Below are positions 48,962 to 61,650 of a stretch of DNA of 64,000 bases, one piece after another (the first letter of the stretch is position 1; every line of letters starts with the position of its first letter). The translations under genes and the position numbers were made by a program. The DNA lies in contig CAUYUJ010000318.1 of NCBI GenBank assembly GCA_963575745.1, forward strand, positions 1 to 64,000. The letters are read 5' to 3'. This DNA comes from Prorocentrum cordatum (Eukaryota). The notes under the pieces are model-generated. The model had not been told where the DNA came from. It was given only the letters and a program-made list of their open reading frames with translations, and did not search any database.

Positions 48962-49124
48962 TCAGGCGGGGAAAAAACACACAGACACAATTAATCGTCG
49001 ATTCCCAGGAAAGTATAGGAAAATATTGGAAATGGGGGGGAAGACAAAAACCCAGAAAATATAAGAAAATATCGGGAAACCTTTTATTTGTGTGTATTTA
49101 TTTGTGTGTCCTGGGGCCCCTTCA
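48962..49124 (+). mobile_element. TCAGG...CCTTCA element, copy 3, flanked by 56-bp direct repeats
   Basis: Flanks 48906-48961 and 49125-49180 match at 53/56. Confidence 0.88.
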
Positions 49125-50509
49125 CAGAGACTTCCCCAGAGACGCGAACGGGCATCCAAGAGGTCCCACACCAACCAGGAGGGGCACAGTCTTGACGAGG
49201 GGCACGGTGGCCCCCCTCTTTTTGTGTTCTCCTCCTGCTCTTCGTCTTCTGTGCCTCCTCTCCTCCGTCTGCTCTCCTGCCCCTCTCTCCGTTCTGCCCT
49301 CGTCTTCGTCGCCGTCATGCTCCTGGACGCTTCCCCCCTTCCTCGACCTCCAAGCCGCCCCCCCTCTTCCTCTTCGTCGTCCTCCTGGCTGTTTACTGTG
49401 TGTTTCCGTACCGTCTTCGGACGGCGGTCATATTCCACACCGTCGCCCAACCCTCGGCATCTCACTGCGAGTTGGGAGTCTGGATAACTTGAGCGCGCGC
49501 GAAGCGCGCGCGATGGTTCGAGCCGGCAGCAAACTACGAGGGGCTATGGCTTCGGGGGCGCGCGCCCGTCGTAATTGACGGAGAACTGTGGCCTCGGGGG
49601 CGCGCATCTGTCGTTCTTCATGGGAGCTCCCGCCCCGGGAACGCGCATCCGTCGTTATCTAACATGTGTCGTGGTTCTCGATGGGGACCCCTCCGCCTTG
49701 TTACTCCTAGTCATCTCTCCCTCCCTCACCACTTCTGCTCTGGAGGTGTTCGGGGTGGGGTCCGCCGCGGTGGGGCGGAGGATTGATTGGGCTCCCCCAT
49801 CGTGCCTCTCCTGGCCTGGTGTATCTTTATGTGTTCGGGGAACCACCAAATCGACAGGAAACGTGGCGCGGTGTAGGTACAACCCCTTGTGACCCTTGGG
49901 GCGGGGTGCGCGCGTCCTTCTATTGCTTCAATCTCTGAACGGGAGTGGGGGGGGGCCCAGCTGTTGATGCCGACTTGGGTGGAGATTTGCAAGGATCGCA
50001 GGTCGGAGCGAAATCATCAACGTCGAAACGAAGAGCCAGAAGTTGTACATTTGAAGCCTTAGAGCCGACGATTGGCACTGGAATCAAGGAGCTGAGGACT
50101 GATACGTGCGGAATCGAAGCCAGATCCGCAAGGGGGAGCGGCTGGTTGTTCCCACGGCTTCCATCTCCCCAGTCTCTGTTGAGCTCCCTCTCAACGAGTG
50201 CGCAGACAGTCGTACTGATCGGCGCGGCGCAGTTGCCACCGCCCTCAATTGCCTTCGGTTGCCCACTCGCACGGCCAAGCTGACGAATCCAGGAGCAGCT
50301 CAGGATCGGAAGGGGCCCGATGCTCCTGAGATCCTTTGGTGGCTCTGCCTCCAGCCATCCTCGTGCACGCAGGTGCCTCTCTGGGGGATGCAACAGGAGG
50401 GTCTTCGCCCCCGATCTGTCGCTTCCCGACTCCAGCAGCCCCACTCGGTGCTGGTCGTCGCGGCTCCGCGGGCCGCGCTCCCGCGCTGACCCCCCCCCCG
50501 CCGGCCCAG

Positions 50510-50573
50510 CAAGCGGTGGGAGCTGTCCCCGCAGAACGCCGCCAACATCCTGTGGGCCTACTCGAAGCTCCAG
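50510..50573 (+). CDS. OPR/HPR protein exon 9 (KRWELSPQNAANILWAYSKLQ)
   Basis: CCAG|C acceptor in phase 2 (AG+C = Ser), CAG|GC donor. Confidence 0.87.
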
Positions 50574-50939
50574 GCCTCGCCCCCGGAGGGGCGGGCGGCC
50601 CGCGCCTCGCCCCGGTGCCTCTGAGGGGCAGCTGGCTCCTGAGGTGTTGTTCTCTCCCACCCTACCCCCCCCCCTCTCCTCCTCCTCGCCCCCCCCCTCA
50701 TCCTCCCCCTCTTCTTTTTCTTCTTCTTCTTATTATTATTATTATCATCATCATTTTCTTCTTATCATTATGATTATTCTTCTTCTTCCTCCTCCTCCTC
50801 CTCCTCCTCCTCTTCTGAGGTGCAGCTGACTCCCGAGATGGTGATCTTCCCTCCTCGTCTTCCTCCTTCCCCCCCTCCTCTTCCTCCTCCTCCTCGTCGT
50901 CGTCCTCCTCCTCCTCATCGTCCTCCTCCTCCTCCTTAT

Positions 50940-52400
50940 CCACCCCTTGAGCATCGGCGCTGGCATATCCCTGATCAAAACCTGCTTAATGTTGTCCGAT
51001 ATTGCCCAATCCGGCTTCATCCCGATCAGTTCGGCTGAATCGCAGGCCGAATTGGGCCTCACCCAGCTCATTGGCCCCTTGATCGGGCGCCGCAGCTTCT
51101 GACAATTGTCCCACGAAGACCTCCAAGGAGTTGCTTCCTGAACTCTCCTGGAGCGAGCCACTGGATACTCACCGGGCGTGTTCCACTACTCGCAAAGTGC
51201 CTACTCGCAAACGTCAGATAAAAAAAACGCGCTCGCCTCGACCAAATTTCTCGTAAATCTTCTTCGGCGGAGCCAGGCCACTTGCGAGTAGCTACTCTGC
51301 GAGTCGTGGAACGCGCCTTTCTAGATACGCCCCCTGGCTCCGGCCACCAGCCCGGCGCGAACGGGGGGCACGAGCGGGCTCCGCAGCAGGCGCCCTCGTT
51401 TTTCTCTTGCCCACCGGGCGGGGCTGGGTGCCTAGAGGTTGACACCAACACCGATATCGGCGGTGTGCCTCCACCGAGGAAAGAAGATCCCGATCTCGGC
51501 GGCGGTGGTAATGCTCTGGCTTCCAAGGTGGCCGAGCTATTACCACCGACACCGAAATCTAGGATCATCTTCCACGTGTGGAGGCAACCCCCTGTGTTGG
51601 TGTTGGTGCCCATTTCCAGGCCTCCGAGGGTGGGAGCCTTCTGGAGGGAATGTGCACGATGATCATGACCAAGATGCCGCGGGTTTTTGTCGACGCTTGT
51701 CTTGGTCACAGCCCACGCCATGCCGCAGTGATGGCGCTGAGATAGGGGTCCGCTTGGATCCGGACTGGCCCCGCTTGTTCCTCAGGCCTGCCTGCGTCTG
51801 TTCCCCCGGCGCTACTCGCGCACCTGGGAAGCCGTAAGACGGCACCCCATGTGCACCCACATCCTTTTGGGTACAAACTTGCACGCGCGCACGCAACTCC
51901 ACAGAGGCGCCCACACTTTGCCTTCCACGTGAGACGTCCTCAACAAATGACATGCAGAAGAGGTGCGCTCCCATCAACTATCCGTCTCGCTTGAGACACG
52001 TTCCCGTTGTACGATGCCCTTCATAAAGATTGGGGCTCTCGCTTCAGACAGCCTTCGAACATTGAGTTCAACGCAGCTTTCCATTGGTGCCGTATCTCAG
52101 CAATCAGGCTCTCGCTGCAGACATCCTCAATTCACAATATGTTGAACCTGCAATGTTCTGTTGCATGCTGGCTATGCTCGTTGAGGGTCCCCAAGACGGG
52201 ACAACACAGACAGCCATTGCAACACGCATGTTGAAGACACGTTCGCGGTTGCCGCGTGAATGGGCAAGGCTACCATTGGCCCAGTAACAATTTGTCCAGA
52301 ACAGGCGTCAACGTGACGTCGGCAAACCATTCAGGTAAGTTACGAACAATTCGTATCGCTCCATCGTCTCCCCTCGAGTCGCCGCGTGGATATCCACGTG
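50940..52400 (-). mobile_element. possible heavily decayed LINE RT/post-RT fragment
   Basis: Weak motifs only: SFVEDV, TADIGVG, IKGP...LIG. Confidence 0.25.
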
Positions 52401-54044
52401 GCAATCGCAGGCAGCCGCTTAATGTCAGAACCCGAACAGCAAGAGAACATAATGTAAGAATTCTTCACACTAGCGAGGGCAGTATGCGCAATATTCGCTA
52501 ACAAATGCCAGAATAATAAGACACTGCGGTGAAGTCAACCTGTTTAGGCATTGTATTTGAATCGGGAGACAGCGTCCCGTAGTTCGCAGCCACGCCTGGA
52601 ACACACATCAGCAACAGCCTACGACAAACGCGCGTGCAGTAGGAGGCGATGTTAATCGATTTACCTACAAGTGGGGTCCTTGGGAAGGTCACGAACGCAG
52701 TCTGGAAAGTATACGGAGACGCTTTTCGGTCCGCGGTGTTCGAATCAGTACCCGTCGGTCGTGGAAAGTAGGTACTTCCGGATTTCCAGATCCCAACATA
52801 CTTTCAGCGCCTTCCTTTTTCATGGTGGGTTCACCTACTTCTTCCGACCGATGTGCAATGTTCTCAGCCCGAAGGGCTGTTTTGGGGCCTCGGGGACGGC
52901 AATGGAGGTATTCCGGATAGTATGGCGGGGGGGGGGGCCAGGTTTCGCCGGGTCCTGGGACACTTTCCTGCGCAGCCCGAGGGCTGCTCTGGGGGGCCCA
53001 GGGCGCCTTGCAGGCCGTGTGGGTACTCTGGCCCACGGGGGCACTCCCGAGAGTCCGTGGGCTCCACGGCGCCCCCGAGAAGCTGCATCCTCGCCCCGCA
53101 GGGCCAGAACGCCACGGCAGCTCCAACCGAGGAACACCACAAATGCATTAACATACGCCCTGGGGTCCGCTCGGATCTGTTCTGCCAGTGTATGGTTTGA
53201 CTCCTACATCCAGCCGCCTGCCTGATATGCTGGTGCGCGCCAGGTCTGTCCACGGCTTCCAACGTTCGCTGCAGCGCCTTGCCAAGGATGCTGCCGTGCC
53301 TGGCAGCCATGATTGGTTTCGAAGTATCCGCCTGGGCTGACGCCACCGAGAGAGTTCATGAATCGTGCTTTTTATATAATGCATTGAGGGCTTGTCGCAG
53401 AACAACATGAATTGCCATACATGCTACCCCCTTGGTCGGCGATGCACCCCCTTACCGAGACTCCTGCTGGCGCCTCCAGCGCCACACCTTGTGCCCTCCG
53501 CGCGCCGGGAAAGACATTGAAAGGGGGGCCACGGGTTGTCTCAAGACATGTGCGCGTACCTCCCACAGCTAACTATCCCAGCCCTCCTGTGTTGGATTCT
53601 CGTGGTGAACAGAACTGCCTTCGGTCTCCAACCGTTCTTCCCGCCTGTATGTCTCCTTCCTTCATTCTGCCTCCTCCTCCATCGCCCTCCTGCCTACTAC
53701 CTCCGTCCTGCCTTCTACGTTCCTCCATGTCCAGCTGCCTCGGGCAATTCCGCCACCCTGCTAGCGCAGCGTCCTGAGTGGCGAGGTCGTGAAAAGGCAC
53801 GGCGCGGGGCACCTCACGGCGTGTTTCGGTTCGTTCGTGTGCCGCAATATTTCCCACGGCCTTCGCTGTCCAGCACCCGCGTGCGTTCCGGCCGCCGCGC
53901 GCCTCTTCCGACTCGCTCCTGCGAGGGGAGGAAGGGGCCTGTTGGACACTTTGCCTCGGGTGCTTCGTCTAGGCTTTCGCTTGTTTAATACGGTGAGCCC
54001 GCCTTTTGCTTGAGAAGGCTCGCGCGCTCCACGGTGAATGATTG

Positions 54045-54640
54045 CGAAGGCCTTACGGCCGGTGCCGCCGACCCTGAATGGCGACGACGACGACGACGAC
54101 GAGCGCTTTTGGGGGCCTCTTGGGGGTAGTTTGTGGGCCTCTTGGGAAGCTCTTAGGGGCCGCTTGGAAGCCTCGTGGGGGCCTCTTGGGGCTTCCTGGG
54201 GGTCTTTTGGAGGGGGCCCGGGACGTCTTGGAGGCGTCTTGGACGGTCTTGGGGCTATCTTGGGCGTTTTCGGCCGATCTTTGGGCGACTCGGGGCCCTC
54301 TTGGGCCGTCTCGGGGGCCATCTTGGGCATTCGGACCTCATTTGGAGTGTTTTCGAAGTTTCTAGGCCGCCCCGAATCTGCGGGGCCCCGCCCCGCACCC
54401 CCCCCAGCACCCCCCCGGCCACCCCCCCCCTCCACCCCCCTGGGACCCCCCCCCCCTGGGGAAAGGGATCGAAGGGAAGGGGCTTCCCTTCGACTCGATT
54501 ACGACACTGCTAGATTTTTCTCTCGCGCACGAGCTTGAGAATGAAACTGCAAGGAAAGGGGACGACGGAGGCGACGACCGACGGAAACGACGACTCGAAC
54601 AGCCAAGCCCCTCGCGCACGCCGACAGGGTCGGCGGATCC
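54045..54640 (+). repeat. 10-11-bp periodic array element with head GGCCGGTGCCGCCGA and hairpin tail
   Basis: The head also occurs at about 30683. Tail CGCCGAC-AGG-GTCGGCG-GAT at 54619-54638. Confidence 0.8.
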
Positions 54641-57307
54641 ACTGATGCTCCAACACCCCTCGACCCAGACTCGGATTGATTTTGAGAACCGAGGTACTTG
54701 CGAGCTTCGGTGTTCGGCGAGCCGGTGGCCTCTGCGATGTCTCGCGCATCGCGAGGTCTGAAGTCGCGACCCCATGGTTCCATTCGGCTGAGTGTTAAAA
54801 TCTCGTTCGCGCGCGCGGGGGCCTGACGCGACTCGCGCGCGCTGTCGTCGCGCATCTTGCGCGCGCCGGCATTTCGGCCTGCCGCGGCCATTGCTGTTCG
54901 CGCCCCTCGGTTCGAAGGCGCGCCCGCGGCCGCTCGCGCGGGCGCCCCGTCGCCGCGGATCGCGCGCGCGTTTGTTGCCGCCCCGCGGCAGCGCGGCAGA
55001 GAAGCAGGCGCAAAGCGCAGCGCCGACAATGCCGCAGCGACGATTGCACCAACATGTGTCCAGCAACAACATCGCGGTCCGAACCACCGCAACCATTGCG
55101 ACATAGCAGCATTCCCCACGACATGCGCACCATCATCAGCACTGCGCCACCCCATCTCCAGATCGCGATATGGAACGATTCGAGACGGGCCAGACATGCC
55201 GACGCACGTTTGCGTTCTCTTCGCTCCCAGTGCATGTCGACGGCCAGATTCCACCGCGAAGCAACAGAGAAGTAATAGTGCGTCGCAGACAGTAAAAGCA
55301 ACATGCCTCGATGCAGGGCGGAATGGGAGCAGGGGGGGCACATCGGGCAGGTTCCGCCGCCCCGCCGACCCCCGAGGAAACGCTCGACAGACTGCGCGCG
55401 AAACCCAGCGTCGTAGATCGCCCAGGGCCCTCGGGCCCCGACCGACGGTCGACGCTTGAGCCTGCGATCGTGGTGTTCGAAGCAGGTCCGAGTCACCATG
55501 AAATTCAGCTCTCAGCCGGGATTTCCGCGGCATCAGTGGTGGATGAGCACTGCCAGAGAGGAGGGCGGCCAGACCTGGCGCGAGCTCTGCAGCAATGCCA
55601 CAGCAGATCTTCGCGGGAGGATGCAGTCGGCGAGAGTCAGGGGGGCCGACCGCCCTCCCGAAGCGCGCCCGACGAATTCCGCTACAGCCCCAGAAGTGGG
55701 CACAGTGCGTGGCGGTTCCTTGATAGTATGTCCAAAGTGCGATACGGTTGCCCCGCGCACGCGCGCCCGTGCGCGGGGGACACGAGTTGAGACAAGCAGC
55801 GTTTCTGCAACTCTTCCGCGCGCTCAAAGGCGTGGTTCGTTGGTGTTTCGCGCGTCCTTCGGCCCCCTTGTCGCCAGATGTCGTGGAAGAGCCCCGCTGC
55901 GACGCCCTGCCCCTCTCCCCGGCTTTCTCGGCCCGACGACGGCCTCGAGGAGCGCGGGCGAAGCTGGCGCGAGAGGCGAGGCGACGACAGACGAAGCCAG
56001 CGACCACATCGCTTCCACCCATCTTCGGTGCCGAGCTCCGCGGGCCCAGCGCCGGTTCAAGAGGCCCCTTGTGCGAAAGCCCAGTGGGATGTGCAGCTCG
56101 GGAGTAAGCCGGCGCCTCGGTCGTCGAGGCGAATTCGCGGCCGCGGTCATCGCGCTCTGGAGTTGCAAACGCAGGCATCGCAACAGCGAGTTCCCCGACC
56201 ATCGCCATCCCGAAGCAATTCAGTTCACGCGAGGACAGACGCATCTAGAGCAATATTCCCGCGGTGCTCCGGCCCAACAGAGCCCTCTCGCGGCGCTGCA
56301 GCGTTCGCGTCGCTGACTGCTGGAGGCGCTCGCCACGGCGAAAACCCGCCGTTCTCAATGAGTCGATTCAGCAGCAGAGCCTGCGCGAGAGGCCAGGGTC
56401 AACGGCCTGTTTCCGGAAGACGCCACCGCATCCACGGCCGTCAAAAAGTTGGTCCCCATTGTGGCTCTTCTCGATCGGCGCGCGGCGGCCGTTGGGGGCC
56501 CGGGCTTCGTTCGCGCGCGCTGTCAAAGATGGCGCAGCAAGGAGTCATGCGGAGCAGCTGCGCACCTCGTTGAACAAAAACGAGGAAAAGCGGCGGGTGG
56601 CCGAGCGCGCGAAAGCCGAGGACGAGGATATGTCCAACGCGAAGCTTGTCCCGCGCACCCCAGGCGGAGGTCTGCGTTCCGTTGCGCGCGAGGCCATGGT
56701 CGAGCAGTTGGCCCGCGCGTTGGACGGGAAGCTGCCGGAGGCCGACAAGAAGCTCATCGACTTCGCCAGGGGCTGGGAGATCTATCCGATCGACCAGCAG
56801 GCGCCCCGCGCCAAGCCGAGGCGCCCGCGCGGCAGGCGGGGCGCCCTGGGGCGCGGACTCTCACGCTGCTGGAGGAGAGGGCCCCAGAGTTTGCGAAGGC
56901 CTGGCGAGTTGCCAACGCGATCGCGCGCGAGTTCTTGTCCTTCGCCATTCAGCACGCCATGGGCGGCCGCTTACTCGCGCGGTGACTTGAGCCAGGCGCG
57001 CCGCCAGGGGCGACGGCGACGAGCTGGAGGGCGATGTGCCTCGCCTGCGAAGGCCCGGAAGTGTCGGGCGCTGAGTTGCCGAGCCCGAGACCCGCTCGGG
57101 GGCTGCCGGGCCCCCTGCCCAGGCCCCCTCGGCGACCGCCAGCGTTGTGAACGGCGCCCGCCCCAGCCGTGCGTCTCCGATGCTACCTTGGTGGGAGCTC
57201 CGCCCACTGGGCAGATGGACTTCGTCTGCGGCGGCGCGCGTGGGAAGTCGGCGCTCGACGCTGCGTCGGCAGTGAGTCTCGCCCCAGGGGTGTTCGCGGG
57301 GTCGCGC

Positions 57308-57738
57308 GAGGTGCAGAGACAGGAGATCAAGGTGCCGAAGGTGCCGCTCTATCTGTCTGACGCGGTCGGCCCGGGCGAGATTGCCTCCGAGGAATTGAAG
57401 GTGGCCGCGGGGGCCCACGGGAGATTCAGAAGACGATCGCCGTCGTGGGCGACGACGGAAGCGGGGCCGTCGGGCGCGAGGAATTTGTCGGGACGAGCGC
57501 GCGCAAGGTTTTGAACCGCGACCTCGAGGACGAAATGTCGACAGCTTTCAGGCTCCTCGGCGATGGCGAGACTGTGCAAGATATCGTTAAATAGTCTGAA
57601 AGCGCGGCGAAAGAGCTGGGCGAACGGATGGTGGGTGAGGAGTTGTAGGAGATGGTTGACGAGGCCGACTAGGGCGGCGACGGGGAGGCGAACGAGGGGG
57701 AGCTTCTCCGAATCATGCAGAAGACACCTTTGGTTTGA
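57308..57738 (+). pseudogene. processed (intronless) centrin/caltractin pseudogene
   Basis: EVQRQEIK...[91 protein letters not shown]. These are the four EF-hand regions of centrin, with stops, frameshifts and a deletion. Confidence 0.9.
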
Positions 57739-59764
57739 GCTCGTCCGAACCATCGCATTCTCGCTCTCCCCCACATCCCCCAAAACACGATTTCGGGGAA
57801 ACCGTCGCCACAGCGTGCTGGGCCACCAGCGCGGCTGCAGTTTCTCACTTGTGCAATGGCGATCAACATGTGGATTGGAGGCCCTCCAGGGCCCCCGCGC
57901 ATTTTTTAAGTTATTTCGAAGTGCGGACCAAGTTGCACGCGGTGCCGTTCTACCGACCGCCAGTGAAGAACAACGTCAACAAACACACATCCAACATTGC
58001 CCAAAAGGGCTCCGAAGAGGATTGCCAAAACGACCCCACGAGGCCAATCGCATCGCTTTTCTGTAGTACTGTTGCGACTTGATGCGCGTTCGCGAATTCG
58101 GGACTCCGATCTTCCACGACAGTTCAAGAAGCCCACAGTCGCGCCCCAAGCCTGCCCAAGAGGCTTTCAAGAGGGCCCCAGGATCACCCAAGAGGCCGCC
58201 ACGACAGCCCAAGGACCGCCAATATGGTCCAAAAGGCGGCCAGACGACCGAAATAAGGAACTCAGAAAGAGGGCCCGAAAGGATATGTTGAACCTCCCCC
58301 CCCAGGATGGCCACAAGAGGCCTGCCGAGGCATACCCAGAAACCCGTAGAAGCCTTGAACGGCTCCCATGAGGCCCGCAAGACGCCACCAGGCCCCCCCC
58401 CAAAAAACCCAAGTCGACCCCCAAGTGGAACCCTTGAAGCAAAAACCATCAATCCCCGCTTGTTCCTTGCAAGGATGTCAGCAGTCCCGCCTCAGCTTCC
58501 AACGTGGCAAAGCAGCCCAGGATGCCCCCAAAGTCGGTCCAGAACGGCCCGACGTGCCTTCAATAATCCCACGACTGCCAACAAATCGCCCCGAGTCGGC
58601 CCACAGGCCCCCAAGACGGCCGTAACAGCCTCCCATACAGCCCGACGACTTCGAAGAGCACCAAGAGGCATTCACACATTGCAAGACCGCCGGGTTCGCT
58701 TCCAAGCCGACCCAGGAGTAGCCAAAGAAGCCCAGCGACGTTCCGCACGCCCACGCCTGAGTACACATTGTCGACTTCTTTCCGTGAGGGCTTGCACCGG
58801 GCCCCGGGGCGCGCCAAGATGGCCCCAAATTGCCCCCAGCACGGCCCACGGGGCCAACGAAAACGTACCCAGTCTCGAGTCCTAAATCATGATTTGGATA
58901 TCCGTTCATGGCATGGGCGATTTGACTGAATTTCGACATTGAAGTCATTTGTTTTTTTTAAATCGGGTCTGCATGTGGATCGCATTTGGCATTATTTCCT
59001 CATGCTCCTCCTCGCTCTTCCTGTTCCTTCTTCCCACATGATTATCGTCTCCCTTGCGAAGTGGCGAACCCGGTCCAAATCCGATCCCCCATGTGCTCCA
59101 AACCAAGTCCAAAATAGGACAGCGCGGGGGGACCACGTAAGCTCCCACGGAACGGACAGCAAATCATTGAAACACATTCTTCACCGAGTGATCGACCTCT
59201 ACGTTTTGGTCTCGCCGCCGCGCCATTATGGCTGCGTCTACTCGCTGGTACCCACCGGGATTTTTCTGACGCCACCAGGAATGGGTCTACAGGTTCTTTT
59301 CGCCCTTCTGAGCTTCCGCCCGTTTGCTGCACATGTCTTGCTTTTCCAGTTTTCCGCTTTCCGCTGCCTAGTCGTGGCCCAGCTTGAGTTTGGACGCCTT
59401 TTGACCCGCTTCACGAGGCCGTTGACCAAAAAGTATCCCCAACAGCCCCTTCAGAAACTTTGTCCACGAGATCTGACGGGAAAAAGAGACGAAGAGGCCC
59501 ATATAGTGAAATAGGGGGGCAACCTGGTTGAACAGAGAGATCTCTGTGAGCAAGGGGATGACCTTGGGATGGCCTTTTCGGGCCGTCCCTAGGGCCCGCG
59601 TGCGGGCGAGGGAGGTAGGGTGAGGAGAAGGAGGAGGAGTATGAGGAGGAGAAGGAGAAGGAGGAAGACGACGACGACCACGACGACGAGGAAGAGAAAA
59701 AGGACAAGGAAAAGGAAGACGACGATGACAATGACGAGGACAGCGAGGACGAGCTCAGAGCCCT

Positions 59765-60260
59765 CCAAATCGCTTCTTGGAGCCCTCCTGGGAATCTTTG
59801 GGGGGATCTTGGGGTCGCCTTGGGGCCCTCTTGAGGCCTTCTTGGGGCCCTCTTGAAGTCCGTTGGGGGAGCCCTTGAGGGCCTCTTGAGGCCACTCTTG
59901 AGGCCATCGGTCAAGAGAGGGTGGGGGCTTCGATTTGCCTTACCCCCCTGGGACCGGTCTTCGATTTGCCTTCCTCCCGGGACCATCAAACTCGCCGCTT
60001 GTGGCCTTCTTGGGGCGCTCTTGGGCCGTTCCTGGGCGCTCTTGGAACCGTTTTGTTGGCCTCTTGAGGCTCTCCTGGGCAAGTATGAAACAATCTCGAG
60101 GCCTCAACAGCGCATTCGAAGCGAAAATGCGAAAAGGCAGCAATCAGTGTTTTTGTTGCTTTTGAAGGATGTGGGTCTCTTGCGGGGGGGTCCTGAGGGG
60201 ATTCCGGGAGCCCTTAGAACTGTCTTGTGGCCCTCGTCGGGCCTTTTGGAGGTATGTCTA
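59765..60260 (+). repeat. 10-11-bp periodic array
   Basis: TCTTG periodicity following a GAG/GAC tract. Confidence 0.8.
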
Positions 60261-60411
60261 GGCTGGGGCTGCGGCTCCAGTGCCGCCCTTGCTGTTGCGG
60301 TTTTGGGGCTGCCACGGGAGGATTGTGGAGTGAGAACCCCAGCCGAGGCATACTTAAAGGCCACGCTGCCATGGGAGGATAGTGAAATGAGGGCCCAGAC
60401 CAAGGCATACC

Positions 60412-60431
60412 AAGAGTAAGTAAGGCTTCGG
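60412..60431 (+). repeat. left 20-bp target-site duplication of the retrocopy
   Basis: AAGAGTAAGTAAGGCTTCGG, identical to 62302-62321. Confidence 0.95.
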
Positions 60432-60453
60432 TCCGTAGCCATTTTGGCTCAAG
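60432..60453 (+). other. genomic copy of the full 22-nt dinoflagellate spliced leader (DinoSL relic)
   Basis: TCCGTAGCCATTTTGGCTCAAG is an exact match to DCCGTAGCCATTTTGGCTCAAG. It lies 95 nt upstream of the ATG. Confidence 0.97.
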
Positions 60454-60548
60454 GCATCATCTCGAGCTTTTTCGGGTTTTAGCAAGTACATTCCAAACAA
60501 TTTGTTGTTGCTGTCGCAAGCTTCCACCGCTCACCGCGACCTTGCAGC

Positions 60549-61598
60549 ATGGATTTCGCGACAGATCTCCGTAACTACATCGGCACGTTGGGCGGCTGCC
60601 TGGTGGTTGTGCTGTCGCTGGCAGCGGTGACGGGGGCAGTCTGCGAGCTCATCAACATTCGCGTGATGAAGGTTGTCGAGAAGATGCCGTGGTGGCCAAG
60701 TGCACAGCCTCTGCAGAAAGGATTAATGATGAATTTCGGGTTCGCAGAAGATACCTGCACTCCAGAGATGATGCTGGAGAGCTTCTCATTCGTTCTCCTT
60801 ATTTGCGGGCATCACTTCCTGATGGGCATGGCAATGGTTCCCGTCGTCGTCCGTGGGTGGTCAGGGGCAGGCCCGACTGGGCAGCTGCTCTTCCTGATGG
60901 CAGCTCTCGGTGACGTATCTTTTGACGTCTACGACACGATCAAGAAGTTCTTGCTCACGTTCTTCCCGAGCACGTTCAAGAGCTGGGGTACGTGCCCGCT
61001 GCCGTTCTTTATCATCATGTGCCTCCTGCACCATCCGCTGGCCATGCTGCTTGTGATCCCCATGAACATGAAATACAGCTATATGCCCGAGTATCACAAG
61101 ATTGCATGTTCGCTGCTCCTGGCAGCGGGCATCTGCTTCCTGTCTGGCCAGTACAAGTTTACCCTCGACGTGAAGAGCAAGCGCGAGTTCCTGCAGTACA
61201 AGGCGATCGTGCTGGTGCAGTTCGTGACCATCTGGTACACCAGGTGCCTCGTCTGGTTCCCGCAGCTCTACTACGCCCTCTCGTACTTCCGCGCGCAGGG
61301 CGACACGCATTTCCTCGTCGGCGGCTGTGTTGCCGGCGGCCTCATGTCCCTGTTCAACGTCATCATGCTTCTGGATTCCACCACGGCTGCCCTCAAGTGG
61401 CTCCCGAGACCGCTGCCAGACACCGAGGAGACGCGGGAAGAGCTCCAGGCCGACCTCATCCGCCAGCAGGGCGACCTCGTCGCGCCCGGGGCGCCGGCCG
61501 TGCTCGGCAAGGCTGCGAAGACGATGCGTACGACGGTGAAGGTCGCGGTGGCCGCACAGCGCTTCAAGGCACCCCTTCTCGCCAAGAAGGGTAAGTGA
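60549..61598 (+). CDS. intronless retrogene: 349-aa multi-pass membrane protein, TLC (TRAM/LAG1/CLN8) domain-like
   Basis: Intact ORF with strong GC3 bias and several hydrophobic helices. Motifs FDVYD, LLHHPL, YTR and SLFN are in TLC-like order. Confidence 0.88.
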   Translation: MDFATDLRNYIGTLGGCLVVVLSLAAVTGAVCELINIRVMKVVEKMPWWPSAQPLQKGLMMNFGFAEDTCTPEMMLESFSFVLLICGHHFLMGMAMVPVVVRGWSGAGPTGQLLFLMAALGDVSFDVYDTIKKFLLTFFPSTFKSWGTCPLPFFIIMCLLHHPLAMLLVIPMNMKYSYMPEYHKIACSLLLAAGICFLSGQYKFTLDVKSKREFLQYKAIVLVQFVTIWYTRCLVWFPQLYYALSYFRAQGDTHFLVGGCVAGGLMSLFNVIMLLDSTTAALKWLPRPLPDTEETREELQADLIRQQGDLVAPGAPAVLGKAAKTMRTTVKVAVAAQRFKAPLLAKKGK

Positions 61599-61624
61599 GC
61601 GACCACGGGGGCTCCGTGCCATAC

Positions 61625-61650
61625 GTCCGTCATCGTCATCATCATCTTGG

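Noticed and set aside
58939..59514. 191-aa ORF
   Set aside because: Non-ATG start, no coding codon bias like the neighbouring retrogene, and no recognisable motif.
61590..61597. G|GTAAGT as a splice donor at the end of the TLC ORF
   Set aside because: It lies inside an SL-to-poly(A) processed copy and overlaps a sensible stop codon, so no downstream exon is needed.
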